Shown here piece by piece: positions 50,935-59,904 of a DNA stretch of 64,000 bases. A program made the translations under genes and the position numbers. The notes below the pieces were generated by a model. That model searched no databases. It was not told the DNA's origin and was given only the letters and a program-made list of their open reading frames with translations. How positions within the stretch are numbered: the stretch's first letter is position 1; every line of letters begins with the position of its first letter. Source of the stretch: an uncultured Spirochaetota bacterium (lineage in GTDB: Bacteria; Spirochaetota; Spirochaetia; SZUA-6; Fen-1364); assembly GCA_963734545.1 (NCBI GenBank), contig CAVTHO010000005.1, forward strand, positions 352,001 to 416,000, in the 5' to 3' direction.

Positions 50935-52557
50935 CTATCTCCTCGGCGCAGTACGGGACTGCCGCGGCGCCACCGTGAAATCCGGCTCGTCGAAGTAGCA
51001 TTCACCTTCCGCGTCGTACAGTCTCTCAAAGAGCTCCCGGATGCTCCGGGCGATGACCCGGACCCCGCCGGCCGGCTCCTCCTTGTCGGTTTCGGCGTTC
51101 CAATTCCTAGGTGTGATCACCACGTCCCAGGCCTCAGGGTCCCAAGCTTGCTCGTTCCAGGCACCAGAGTGCCAGTCGTTTGGGTCCCAGCCCCGCCGGT
51201 ATCCCAGGTGGCGTCCGTCGGACAGCGAAGCGAAGAGAATCACGTCCTCGCGGTCGCCTGCGCTGGAAGCTGCCTCCTTCCACGAGGCAAGGCGGAGCAT
51301 TCGCAGACGCCGACGAGCCTGGGGGAAGAGAAGCCCTCCGTCGAAGATGTCGAGGACCTGGATCAAGTCGGCCGGCACACCGTGAATGTCTATCCTGCTT
51401 GGGCGCTCCTTCCTCCAATCGACAGGTCCATTCATCCCCTTGCCAGCCGCCAGGTCGGAAAGGATCATCGCGAATCGGTCTCCTTCTCGCATTCCCCAAC
51501 CGATTTCGGGCCGCAGGGCCTGGGTGGCATGGTCCTGAGTGATCCCGATAAAGCCCGCCACGAGCTCCCGGGCATCTTTCTTGGCGGGGCTCCCTCTCAG
51601 GTCCTCCAGGCGAAACGGCGCCATACTGATACCCGTGGGCAGCCTTTTGAACGAAAGCGGATGCGTCTCAGAGGGAGGAGCTCCCGCTGGACGCGGCCAC
51701 TGCACGAACTGGTTCCGCACCGTGAACTGGTGCGCCACGGGCCCGCCAAGATAGGGGAAAAGGTTCGCGATCCAGCCGGTGATCAGCTCGCCGCCATAGT
51801 TCTCGCGCGGGCTGTAGATCTGCTTCCAGAAGTCCAGGTCCGGCCTGCCCTCTGCCGTTGCGACCAGGCCATCGCAGATCGGCTCGAGCCTCGTGGTCCA
51901 CCACTCCAGCCCGTACTTGCTCATCACCGCGACGCGCCCGCGGATCTCCTTCCAGTCCTCCGGGGTGCCGAGAAGCGTTACTCGAGGGATTCCGCAGATT
52001 GCTACCATCTCATAGTCGAAGTACTTTTTGAATGCGTCCATCATCACGACCAGGCTGGCCGTCCGTGCGATCGACGTGGTCGTCGAGAAGTCGCAGACCA
52101 GGAGATCGTACACGCTCTTGCCGACATGGTCGCGGACCATCTGCGTCCATGCTTCGGTGGCCAGCCATGTCGGCAGGGGGTCAGCGCCTACGATCTCTAG
52201 CTTCCTCTTTCCCTCGAAATCGACGAATCGACCACGCAGCGCCTCCGCGTTGTTGTTCACGTGCTGCGCGAAGCCCTGGGCGATCGTGATCCAGATCTCG
52301 TCGGGACCGAGCACGAGGGGTCTGTGTTGGGCGAATGCGAGGGATACGGCCTGCACGAGCGCGTGAACCGGTTCGGTATCGACGACACGCGCTTCGGCCA
52401 CGTGGCTGAACTCCAAGAGCGGCTTCCCGCCGAGAGCCTGTTGGAACGCCTCGACAGTCGGCGCCTCGGGAAGGAGCGCTGCGGCCGGTTCGACGTCGTC
52501 GACGAGAAACGTAACGCCCTTCGGGCCGCGGTCCACCACGTCTGCAATCCGCTTCAT
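50935..52557 (-). CDS. DUF4419 protein with C-terminal SMI1/KNR4 (SUKH)-like domain
   Basis: FAQHRPLVLGPDEIWITIAQGFAQHVN, FSTTT, CGIPRVTLLGTPEDW, GWIANLFP; then VPADLIQVLDIFDGG...IARSIRELFERL. Confidence 0.75.
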   Translation of the reverse strand: MKRIADVVDRGPKGVTFLVDDVEPAAALLPEAPTVEAFQQALGGKPLLEFSHVAEARVVDTEPVHALVQAVSLAFAQHRPLVLGPDEIWITIAQGFAQHVNNNAEALRGRFVDFEGKRKLEIVGADPLPTWLATEAWTQMVRDHVGKSVYDLLVCDFSTTTSIARTASLVVMMDAFKKYFDYEMVAICGIPRVTLLGTPEDWKEIRGRVAVMSKYGLEWWTTRLEPICDGLVATAEGRPDLDFWKQIYSPRENYGGELITGWIANLFPYLGGPVAHQFTVRNQFVQWPRPAGAPPSETHPLSFKRLPTGISMAPFRLEDLRGSPAKKDARELVAGFIGITQDHATQALRPEIGWGMREGDRFAMILSDLAAGKGMNGPVDWRKERPSRIDIHGVPADLIQVLDIFDGGLLFPQARRRLRMLRLASWKEAASSAGDREDVILFASLSDGRHLGYRRGWDPNDWHSGAWNEQAWDPEAWDVVITPRNWNAETDKEEPAGGVRVIARSIRELFERLYDAEGECYFDEPDFTVAPRQSRTAPRR

Positions 52558-52915
52558 TGCTCTCACCTTCCATGGATCAGAGTTGATGATGCTCACACGA
52601 GCGGCGCCGATCCCCCAAAGGATGCGGCGATTTGGCCTGACACCTTCTTCCGGCTCTCTTGTTGACGGGGGTTGTGGGACAGGCTGCGCGGCGCGACAAG
52701 AAGAGCAGCCGATGACTCTCTTTTAGAGTACACCCTCCAGATCGAAGGTCAAGAGTCGCGGGGCGGGGCCGTGCCTGCCGGCGGAATGCCCCCGTACACA
52801 AGAACTGCAGGGCTCTTTCGTCGCGCCGCCCAACCCTCAACGGGATTGCCAGTGCAACTCTGAGATTGAGTCTGCGAAGAGCCGCAGTCTGACATACAGC
52901 GATTTGGGCGCCCGA

Positions 52916-52974
52916 TAGATTCAGGGCCTAGTGCCGGCAACGGTGTGGAGGTTCAAGTCCTCTTCCGGGCAACG
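52916..52974 (+). repeat. Duplicated 3' part of tRNA-Leu (attR-like)
   Basis: tagattcagggcctagtgccggcaacggtgtggaggttcaagtcctcttccgggcaacg. Confidence 0.95.
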
Positions 52975-53005
52975 TAACTTGTCGGTCAGATTGGAAATGG
53001 CGCTG

Positions 53006-54331
53006 CTAGTCGTCTTTTGAAAGGCTCGGGCGCCTTATTTGAACAGGCGACAGAACACCCGATCCGTTCCCGATGCCGAGCTCGCCGTTGTTGTTGTAGC
53101 CCGTTGTCCAGAGACTGTGATCGGTCTTGAGGATCACCGAGTGGACCAATCCCCCCGCGACCGCCGCCACGCCCTTGGCAAAGATTTGTGTCGGGACCAG
53201 GACAGCATCGTCTTTGCTGCCGCTGCCGATCTGGCCGCTCTTGTTGTACCCCGTCGCCCAGAGGCTGCCGTCGGTCTTGAGGATCAGAGTATGATCGCCC
53301 CCGGCAGAGGCCGACGCCACGCCGCTCGCGAAGATTTGTACCGGACTGAGAACATCTGTTGTGGCACCAGTACCCATCTGACCGAACTTGTTGTAGCCCA
53401 TTCCCCAGAGGCTGCCGTCTGTCTTCACGAATACGCTGTGGCTCCGACCCGCTGAGGCAGAGGCCACGCCGCTTGCGACGATCTGTACGGGGGTCGGGGA
53501 AGCCGTTGTCGTGCCGGTGCCAAGCTGACCGTGAGTATTGGCTCCCATGGCCCAGAGGCTGCCGTCCGTCTTGACGATGAGGGTGTGGTCTTCTCCTCCC
53601 GATACGGACGCAACACCGCTCTCGATGATTCGTACCGGCGTCAGGACATTGGCTGTCGTGCCGGTGCCCAGCTGTCCGGAGGCATTCGCACCGGTCACCC
53701 AAAGGCTTCCGTCGGTCTTGACAATCAGGCTGAAATTGACCCCCGCCGCAGCCGAGGCAACTCCGTCAGCGAAGATCTGTACCGGAGAGGAGACGCTCGT
53801 GGTGGTGCCGTTCCCGAGCTGCCCGCTCTTGTTGTAGCCGGTCGCCCAGAGGCTGCCGTCCGTCTTGAGGATCAGGCTGTGGTAGTACCCTGCCGAAACG
53901 GAGGCGACCCCGTTTGCCAGAATCAGCTTCGGCGCGGTGACGCTATTGGTGTTGCCGAGTCCAAGCTGACCGTCGCCGTTGCGCCCGGTCCCCCAGAGAC
54001 TGCCGTCGCTCCCGACGACCATGGTGTCGCTGTAGCCCGAGATGGAAACGATTTTCGAGACCAGCGCCCGAACCGTGTAGCTTCCCGTCGAGCCGTCAGC
54101 CGCGGTGACGGTATACAGCACCGGCTTTGTAAAATCGTTCGCTGTTTTGCCACTCACCTGGACTTTGGGGCCAACCCGGACGGCTTTCCCGTCTGTCTTG
54201 AAGGTCGCGACGAGGGAGTCGACCCTGGAAAAAAGTGGGAGACTCGTCAGGTCCACTGTAATGGTCTTCTCGTCGATGACGCCGACCGCCCCGGGGTTCT
54301 TCATGAGCTGGAACAGCACAGGACAGGTCAC
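53006..54331 (-). CDS. RCC1/BLIP-II repeat protein with N-terminal Ig-like (DUF5018-like) domain; 5' end missing
   Basis: About seven ~50-aa repeats (KTDGSLWATGYNKSGQLG) and DFTKPVLYTVTAADGS. No signal peptide or SD; in-frame TAG shortly upstream. Confidence 0.85.
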   Translation of the reverse strand: MTCPVLFQLMKNPGAVGVIDEKTITVDLTSLPLFSRVDSLVATFKTDGKAVRVGPKVQVSGKTANDFTKPVLYTVTAADGSTGSYTVRALVSKIVSISGYSDTMVVGSDGSLWGTGRNGDGQLGLGNTNSVTAPKLILANGVASVSAGYYHSLILKTDGSLWATGYNKSGQLGNGTTTSVSSPVQIFADGVASAAAGVNFSLIVKTDGSLWVTGANASGQLGTGTTANVLTPVRIIESGVASVSGGEDHTLIVKTDGSLWAMGANTHGQLGTGTTTASPTPVQIVASGVASASAGRSHSVFVKTDGSLWGMGYNKFGQMGTGATTDVLSPVQIFASGVASASAGGDHTLILKTDGSLWATGYNKSGQIGSGSKDDAVLVPTQIFAKGVAAVAGGLVHSVILKTDHSLWTTGYNNNGELGIGNGSGVLSPVQIRRPSLSKDD

Positions 54332-54581
54332 CGGCGCATTCTGGGGGGAGGCCGACTACAAGCTCGGCCCGGTCGTGACGATCCTCGGAGGATTCACGGT
54401 GAGCTTTTCGCGAGACCTGGGATACTCGATTATTGCCGGGATCACTGTTGCTCTTGCGAAAGACGTCTCCCTCAAGTACAAGGCAAGTTTCCTCTCCAAT
54501 ATGGTGGAGTATCAGATCCAGCCCCAGCCTACCACCAACTACGGCGTGGAGAACCTGCTGAGCCTGGACTGGAAGTTCTGA
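54321..54581 (+). pseudogene. C-terminal fragment of an outer-membrane beta-barrel protein
   Basis: GQVTGAFWGEADYKLG...LKYKASF...ENLLSLDWKF*: alternating beta strands ending in Phe. No usable start. Confidence 0.55.
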
Positions 54582-54597
54582 CAGCTCCGTGGCTGCT

Positions 54598-55026
54598 CTA
54601 CGGCTTCTTCCGGTTGTCCGCCTGCTGCCTCATCTCGGCAAACCCGGCGGCCGCCTCCCTGACATCTTCAGGGAAATCGGTCATCTCCTGCACCTGGCGT
54701 ATCTCGATCACCTCGTCGCCTGAAGCAGGGCACCGCTTGGCCCATTCGATTGCCTCTTCCTTCGACTTCACCTGGATCATCCAGTAGCCGCCGATCACTT
54801 CCTTTGCCTCGGCAAAAGGGCCGTCCTGCACCTTCGGCTTGCCTCCGGGAAACGATACGCGCACTCCCATGGAGGGAGGGTGAAGTCCATCGAGCGCGAG
54901 CAGCACCCCCGCCCTCTGAAGGGCCTCGTTGTATTTCATCATGGCGGAAACGGCCCCGGCATCCGGCAGAGTGCCGGCAGGCGCCTTCTCGTACCCTTTC
55001 GGGATCATCAGCATCATGAATCTCAT
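54598..55026 (-). CDS. YciI/DGPF-family protein
   Basis: MRFMML, LDGLHP, DGPFAEAKEVIGGYW, EAIEWAKRCP, IEIRQ. Confidence 0.93.
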   Translation of the reverse strand: MRFMMLMIPKGYEKAPAGTLPDAGAVSAMMKYNEALQRAGVLLALDGLHPPSMGVRVSFPGGKPKVQDGPFAEAKEVIGGYWMIQVKSKEEAIEWAKRCPASGDEVIEIRQVQEMTDFPEDVREAAAGFAEMRQQADNRKKP

Positions 55027-55198
55027 TGCATCTCTCCTCTCACAATATACGACGAACTGCGCGGCAGGAAATCGACAGGCAGAGCCGTGCTTGCGATAGG
55101 TGGCCCGGCACGACCGGACGGCGTTCTTTCCCGCGGGAGCCGGCACGCGTATATTCCGTGCATGAAGGAAAGCGCTTGAAGCGCCACGGAGGGCCTGC

Positions 55199-55639
55199 AT
55201 GAAATGGGTCACACGTTCTCACGTCCATGTCGACCGTGTCGCATGCCCGTGGCTGATCTCGCGGTTCGTTGACAGTCATGCGGAGTTCCTGTTCGTGCCG
55301 AAGAATCAGGTGAAGAAGACCGCCGCCGAGCAGGGGGCCATTCCATTCGACGTGCCCGACGTCGAGCTGGGCCATCAAGATGGCCGTTGCTCATTCGAGT
55401 CCATTCTCGCAAAGTACGATCTGCAGGACCCCGCGCTTCTCAGGATGGCGCGGGTCATCCATGCGGCGGATGTCGCGGCCGACATGGATTCCGACCCCCT
55501 CGCACGCGGGCTGGAGGCCATCGCGGTCGGCTACAGCCTGCGCTTTCCGCGTGACGAAGAGAATCTCTCCCGGCAATTCGAGATGTATGATGCCTTGTTC
55601 GCGTGGTGCCGCCTGGAAGCGGCACGGGGTCAGGGGTGA
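55199..55639 (+). CDS. Chromate-resistance ChrB C-terminal-domain protein
   Basis: MKWVTR..VDRVACPWLISRFVD..AEFLFV, GAIPFD, CSFE, IHAAD. Confidence 0.88.
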   Translation: MKWVTRSHVHVDRVACPWLISRFVDSHAEFLFVPKNQVKKTAAEQGAIPFDVPDVELGHQDGRCSFESILAKYDLQDPALLRMARVIHAADVAADMDSDPLARGLEAIAVGYSLRFPRDEENLSRQFEMYDALFAWCRLEAARGQG

Positions 55640-56664
55640 TCACTGCCCTTCGGGCGGGGAGGGTCTCCCGCGTTCTGCAGGTCGTCATTCTCCTCGGCGC
55701 CATGCCCGTGGCGCCCCTTCAATCGCAGGGCGATTTTTCGCTCGCGCGATCAATCCCCCTGCCGGGCGTTGAGGGCAGGATCGACCACATGGCGATTGAC
55801 CTGCCCGGCAACCGCTTGTTTGTCGCGGCGCTGGGGAACAATTCCCTGGAAACCATCGATCTCTCTTCCGATTCAGTGGTTCACAGGATCCACGGTCTGT
55901 CCGAGCCTCAAGGGGTGGCATACATCGAGGATTCGCACAAGCTGTATGTTGCGAACGCGGGAACCGGGGAGTGCGACGTTTACGACGGCAGGACCTATGC
56001 GCTGCTGAGGCAAATCGATGTAGGCGGCGATGCAGACAACCTGCACCCGGACGCGGCTTCCCACAGGCTGCTGGTGTCGGCGGGGAACAGCCTCACCTTT
56101 ATCGATACCACTGCTGACGCCCGGGCCGGACGGCTTGAACTGCCCGGTCATCCCGAAGGCTTTGCGCTCGAGCAGAACGGGCCGCGCGTGTTCGTGAATG
56201 TCCCGCAGCCGGGCGGGCGGGTCTTCGTCGTGGATCGAGACCGCGGCATTCTCGCCGCAGAGTGGCAGGTGGGGGGGCTTTTCAAAAACCTCTTCTCGAA
56301 CTTTCCCATTTCGCTCGATGAAGACAATCAGCGTCTTTTCGTCGGCACGAGGGTGCCGGCGCGCTTGAAAGTACTGAATGCGGTGAGCGGGAAGGTTGTC
56401 GCTGATATCGGGATAGACGGGGATTCTGACGACATCTTCTATGATGCGAAGCGCCGCAAAGCATATGTCTCGTGCGGCGCCGGGTACCTCGACGTCGTGG
56501 TACAGCTCACGCCTGATCGCTACGCAGCGCCGGTCAGGATCCCCACCGCACGAGGAGCCAGAACGTCGCTGTGGGTGCCTGAGCGGGATCGATTGTTTGT
56601 CGCCGTTCCCCATGATGGGAATCAAAGGGCGGAGGTAAGGATCTACGAGCCGAGCATGCCCTGA
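55636..56664 (+). CDS. YncE-like beta-propeller exported protein
   Basis: IPLPGVEGRIDH, RLFVAALGN, PEGF, DDIFYD, GARTSLW. GTGA overlap with the ChrB-like gene. Confidence 0.8.
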   Translation: MITALRAGRVSRVLQVVILLGAMPVAPLQSQGDFSLARSIPLPGVEGRIDHMAIDLPGNRLFVAALGNNSLETIDLSSDSVVHRIHGLSEPQGVAYIEDSHKLYVANAGTGECDVYDGRTYALLRQIDVGGDADNLHPDAASHRLLVSAGNSLTFIDTTADARAGRLELPGHPEGFALEQNGPRVFVNVPQPGGRVFVVDRDRGILAAEWQVGGLFKNLFSNFPISLDEDNQRLFVGTRVPARLKVLNAVSGKVVADIGIDGDSDDIFYDAKRRKAYVSCGAGYLDVVVQLTPDRYAAPVRIPTARGARTSLWVPERDRLFVAVPHDGNQRAEVRIYEPSMP

Positions 56665-56745
56665 CCGGAGTCATCGATGGGGTGACGGGGCGGGAGACAT
56701 CTTTCCCTCATGCGGCGCGAAGAGGTATGTTCTTCCTAACCTCAT

Positions 56746-57375
56746 ATGGAAGAACGGAACGAACAGGACAGCTCCCTGAATCCCGAGCAGGACCCGAGAA
56801 ATCTCGGCGGCTATTTCCTCGTGTCCGAGATCGGACTGAGGGACCCCAACTTCGTGCGATCGGTCATCCTGATGATCACCCATGATGACAGCGGGGCCTT
56901 CGGCCTCATCGTCAACCGGCCATTCAAGCTCACGCTGGGAGAGCTCGTCGAGGGACTGGAAGAATCCCCCGCCTCCTCGATTCCCGTCTATGTGGGGGGG
57001 CCCGTCCAGCAGGAGCTCCTGTTCATTCTGCACACGGAGTTTTCCGGTGATGAGCGGGAAGACTACGGGGAACGTCCCGTCGAAGGGGTGATCTTCGAGC
57101 CCGCCACCCCGTACATCGTGGAGTATCTGAAGAACGATTGGAGCGCCCTGCCGGAACAGCAGCGCCCGGCGGTGCGCCTCTATGCCGGCTACTCCGGCTG
57201 GGGCCCCGGGCAGGTCGAGGGGGAATTGAAGGCGGAGGCATGGGTGGTCGTGAAAGCGAACTCCGATATCATCTTTCATCCCAATCCGGCGGGCGCATGG
57301 GCGGATGCATTCGTCAAGAAGGGGCCGCTCTACCAGATCATTCTCCAGACTGGCTTCAAGCCGTCGATGAACTAG
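56746..57375 (+). CDS. YqgE/AlgH (DUF179) family protein
   Basis: DPNFVRSVI, GAFGLIVNRP, VYVGGPV, YAGYSGWGPGQVEGE. Confidence 0.92.
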   Translation: MEERNEQDSSLNPEQDPRNLGGYFLVSEIGLRDPNFVRSVILMITHDDSGAFGLIVNRPFKLTLGELVEGLEESPASSIPVYVGGPVQQELLFILHTEFSGDEREDYGERPVEGVIFEPATPYIVEYLKNDWSALPEQQRPAVRLYAGYSGWGPGQVEGELKAEAWVVVKANSDIIFHPNPAGAWADAFVKKGPLYQIILQTGFKPSMN

Positions 57376-57428
57376 CCTGCCGCTTGCATCCCCGCGTCCC
57401 CTGCGCGAGAATGGGGAAGGTTTCCGAA

Positions 57429-57740
57429 ATGGGGCGCATCCTGAAGTTCAGCCGCGATCGCCAGGACGGTCCGGGCCGCATAGATGCCGAGAAGATCTGG
57501 GAGTACGTGCTCCCGCGGCTCGATTTCCCGCTCCCGGAGTTCATCTCACGGGAGATCGATACGATCATCAGCGACATCTGGAATGCGTCCGAGAGTGAGA
57601 TCGACTTCTATGACTGCGTGAGCGCGCTCGAGACACTGCGGGGAAAAGACATCCTGATCCCGTCCGGGCGGAGGGAGAAAATCGTTTCTCTTATATTCGA
57701 ATACCTCGAAAAGAACGGCTACCTCTATCGTATCGATTGA
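57429..57740 (+). CDS. Small hypothetical protein
   Basis: Acidic, helical ~100-aa ORF. Upstream TTGCAT-17-GAGAAT. The start could be 57411. Confidence 0.6.
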   Translation: MGRILKFSRDRQDGPGRIDAEKIWEYVLPRLDFPLPEFISREIDTIISDIWNASESEIDFYDCVSALETLRGKDILIPSGRREKIVSLIFEYLEKNGYLYRID

Positions 57741-57760
57741 CCGCGGGAGCTGCGGTGTGC

Positions 57761-58591
57761 CTATGTGCCGGGCGGATGCATGACAGTCCTGTTTCTACCC
57801 CCGTTCTTGGCACGGTAGAGCGCCATGTCCGCGTTCCTCAGGAGCTCTTCCGCGTTCATTCCCTGCTCGAGCTGGGCAACCCCGAGGCTGATCGTCACCT
57901 CGGAGATCTTTCCCACCGCGTTTTCCTGAACAGATTCGCGCAGCCGCTCGGCCACCGCCGCGCCCCCCTCTGCGTCGTTGCCGGGGAGCGCCATCACGAA
58001 CTCATCCCCTCCGTAGCGGCCGACAAAATCGTAGGCGCGGAGGCTTTCCTCCAAGCGCGCGAATATCTCTTTCAATACCTCGTCTCCCACCAGGTGTCCG
58101 TGGTCGTCATTAATTCTCTTGAAGTGGTCTATGTCGACGAACACCACGCTCAGGCGGGTACCCATCCGTGCGCAGCGGTCCACTTCCGACTCGAGCCGCT
58201 CGAGAAACACGCGCCTGTTGGGAGATCCGGTAAGCTCGTCCACAGTCGCATAACGCTCCAGGCTCAGCTGATGCATCCTCAGGTGATCGATGACGCGCAT
58301 GACGGTGAAGCTCAGGACCCCTGCCGTGATGGCTCCCACGGGAATTGCGGTGAGGAGCAGTTCGGGCCGCGCGGTGTGGAAGACGACCAGGCTCGCCGCA
58401 AGGGTAAGGAGCTCGGCCAGGGCCAGGGCGCCAATGATCAGGAGCCAGAAGAAAACCCGGGGGGACAATCGGCTGAGCGCGTGAATCGTTTTTTTCCGCA
58501 TGGGCACAGGGCGATCCCTCACATCCGTACCGCGCGCAGGATGTTTTCCGCGTGCCGACCGATCCGTCGCGACTGTCGCCTGCTCCGCCAT
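57761..58591 (-). CDS. Membrane diguanylate cyclase (2 TM + GGDEF)
   Basis: DELTG..NRR, DIDHFKRIND..GH, RAYD I-site, RYGGDEF, LYRAK..GRN. Confidence 0.92.
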   Translation of the reverse strand: MAEQATVATDRSARGKHPARGTDVRDRPVPMRKKTIHALSRLSPRVFFWLLIIGALALAELLTLAASLVVFHTARPELLLTAIPVGAITAGVLSFTVMRVIDHLRMHQLSLERYATVDELTGSPNRRVFLERLESEVDRCARMGTRLSVVFVDIDHFKRINDDHGHLVGDEVLKEIFARLEESLRAYDFVGRYGGDEFVMALPGNDAEGGAAVAERLRESVQENAVGKISEVTISLGVAQLEQGMNAEELLRNADMALYRAKNGGRNRTVMHPPGT

Positions 58592-58766
58592 TGCTTTTCT
58601 CCATTGTACGCCACATCGGGAATTCTGCAATGAGAAAGAAAGGGAAAAAAATCACGGGAATTCACGGCCCGGCTGCACACATGTCGCGCCCGACGCATGC
58701 CGATCTTGACATCGGACCGGGCACTTCATACCTTATGGCGAGATCCGGGAAGCACAAGGGGGCACC

Positions 58767-59880
58767 ATGCCGGTCAGCGTCGAGCAGGTCGCGTCGAAAA
58801 AGCAGCTCAAGGAGTTCGTGATGCTCCCGTACCGGCTTTACCGCAACGACAAGAACTGGGTGCCGCAGCTCCTCATGGATGACTACAAGAAGCTGAACAG
58901 GAAGAAGAACCCCTTCTTTCAGCACGCGGAAGCCGAGTTTTTCATTGCGCGGCGCGACGGCGCGGCCGTGGGCCGCATCGCCTCCATTCATGACAGGATC
59001 TGGGAGGAGACTCACGGCGACAAGAGCGCGTACTGGGGCTGGTTCGAATGCATTGACGATGCGGAGGTCGCCAGGGCGCTTTTCACTGCCGCCTTCGACT
59101 GGGCCAGGAAGCGCGGGTGCGGCCGCATCATCGGCCCCATGAGCCCCAACGCAAACGATCTGATCGGGACCCAGGTGGAAGGCTTCGAAGGCTCGCCCGG
59201 TCATCCTGATGCCCTACAATCCCCCCTACTACGACAAGCTCATCCAGGGTTATGGCAACAGGAAATGGAAGGACCTCGTTGCATGGCTCATGGACAATCC
59301 GGACATTCCTGAGCGGCTTGCAAAGATCATGCCCCGCGTGCAGGCCAAGGGCGGGTTCACGATCCGCACGCTGAACATGAAGCAGTACAAAGAGGAGATC
59401 AACAGGTTCAACGCGCTGTACAACCAGTTCGAAAAGGTCAACGCGGTGTTCACACCGATGACGCTGGCGGAGATCGAGCTCATGGCAAATGACCTGAAGA
59501 TCGCGCTGGATCCCGATCTCATATTCTTTGCTGAGGTGGACGGCCAGCCGGTCGGCGTTTCGCTGACCATGCCGGACTTCAATGTGGCGTTCAAGGCGGC
59601 CAGGGGACGCCTGTTTCCTTTCGGCATTTTCCATCTTCTCACTGCCAAAAAGAAGACGCACCTTGTCCGCACCATCAGCATGGGTGTGCTGAAAGACTTC
59701 AGGAACAGGGGAATCGATCTCGCGTTCTACTATTACAGCTACAAGAACGGCGTGCCCAAGGGCTACGTCGCCGCCGAGATGTCCTGGGTGGAAGAGGACA
59801 ACGCGGCCATGACGAACACTGCGCTCAAGCTCGGGGGCAAACCGTACCGGAAGTACCGGGTCTACGAGCACGCCCTGTAA
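58767..59880 (+). CDS. YghO-like tandem GNAT N-acyltransferase, frameshifted near 59197
   Basis: EFVMLPYRLY..NWVP, NPFF, VGRIA, WGWFEC, GPM; then MPYNPPYY, PDFN, EMSWVEEDN, YRVY. Confidence 0.8.
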
Positions 59881-59904
59881 GACGATCTTCGTACGGAGAA
59901 CCGC

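Larger units (their letters stand above)
50352..52974. mobile_element. tRNA-Leu-integrated genomic islet (att-like 59-bp direct repeats, no integrase)
   Basis: 50352-50410 is repeated at 52916-52974 with one mismatch. Confidence 0.8.

Noticed and set aside
52916-52974. Second tRNA-Leu gene
   Set aside because: It lacks the 5' acceptor strand and D-arm; it is an att-type fragment.
53006-54060. ~150-bp DNA repeats as a diversity-generating retroelement or cassette system
   Set aside because: Fully explained by RCC1 protein repeats. No reverse transcriptase is present and I could not identify an adenine-specific template/variable pair.
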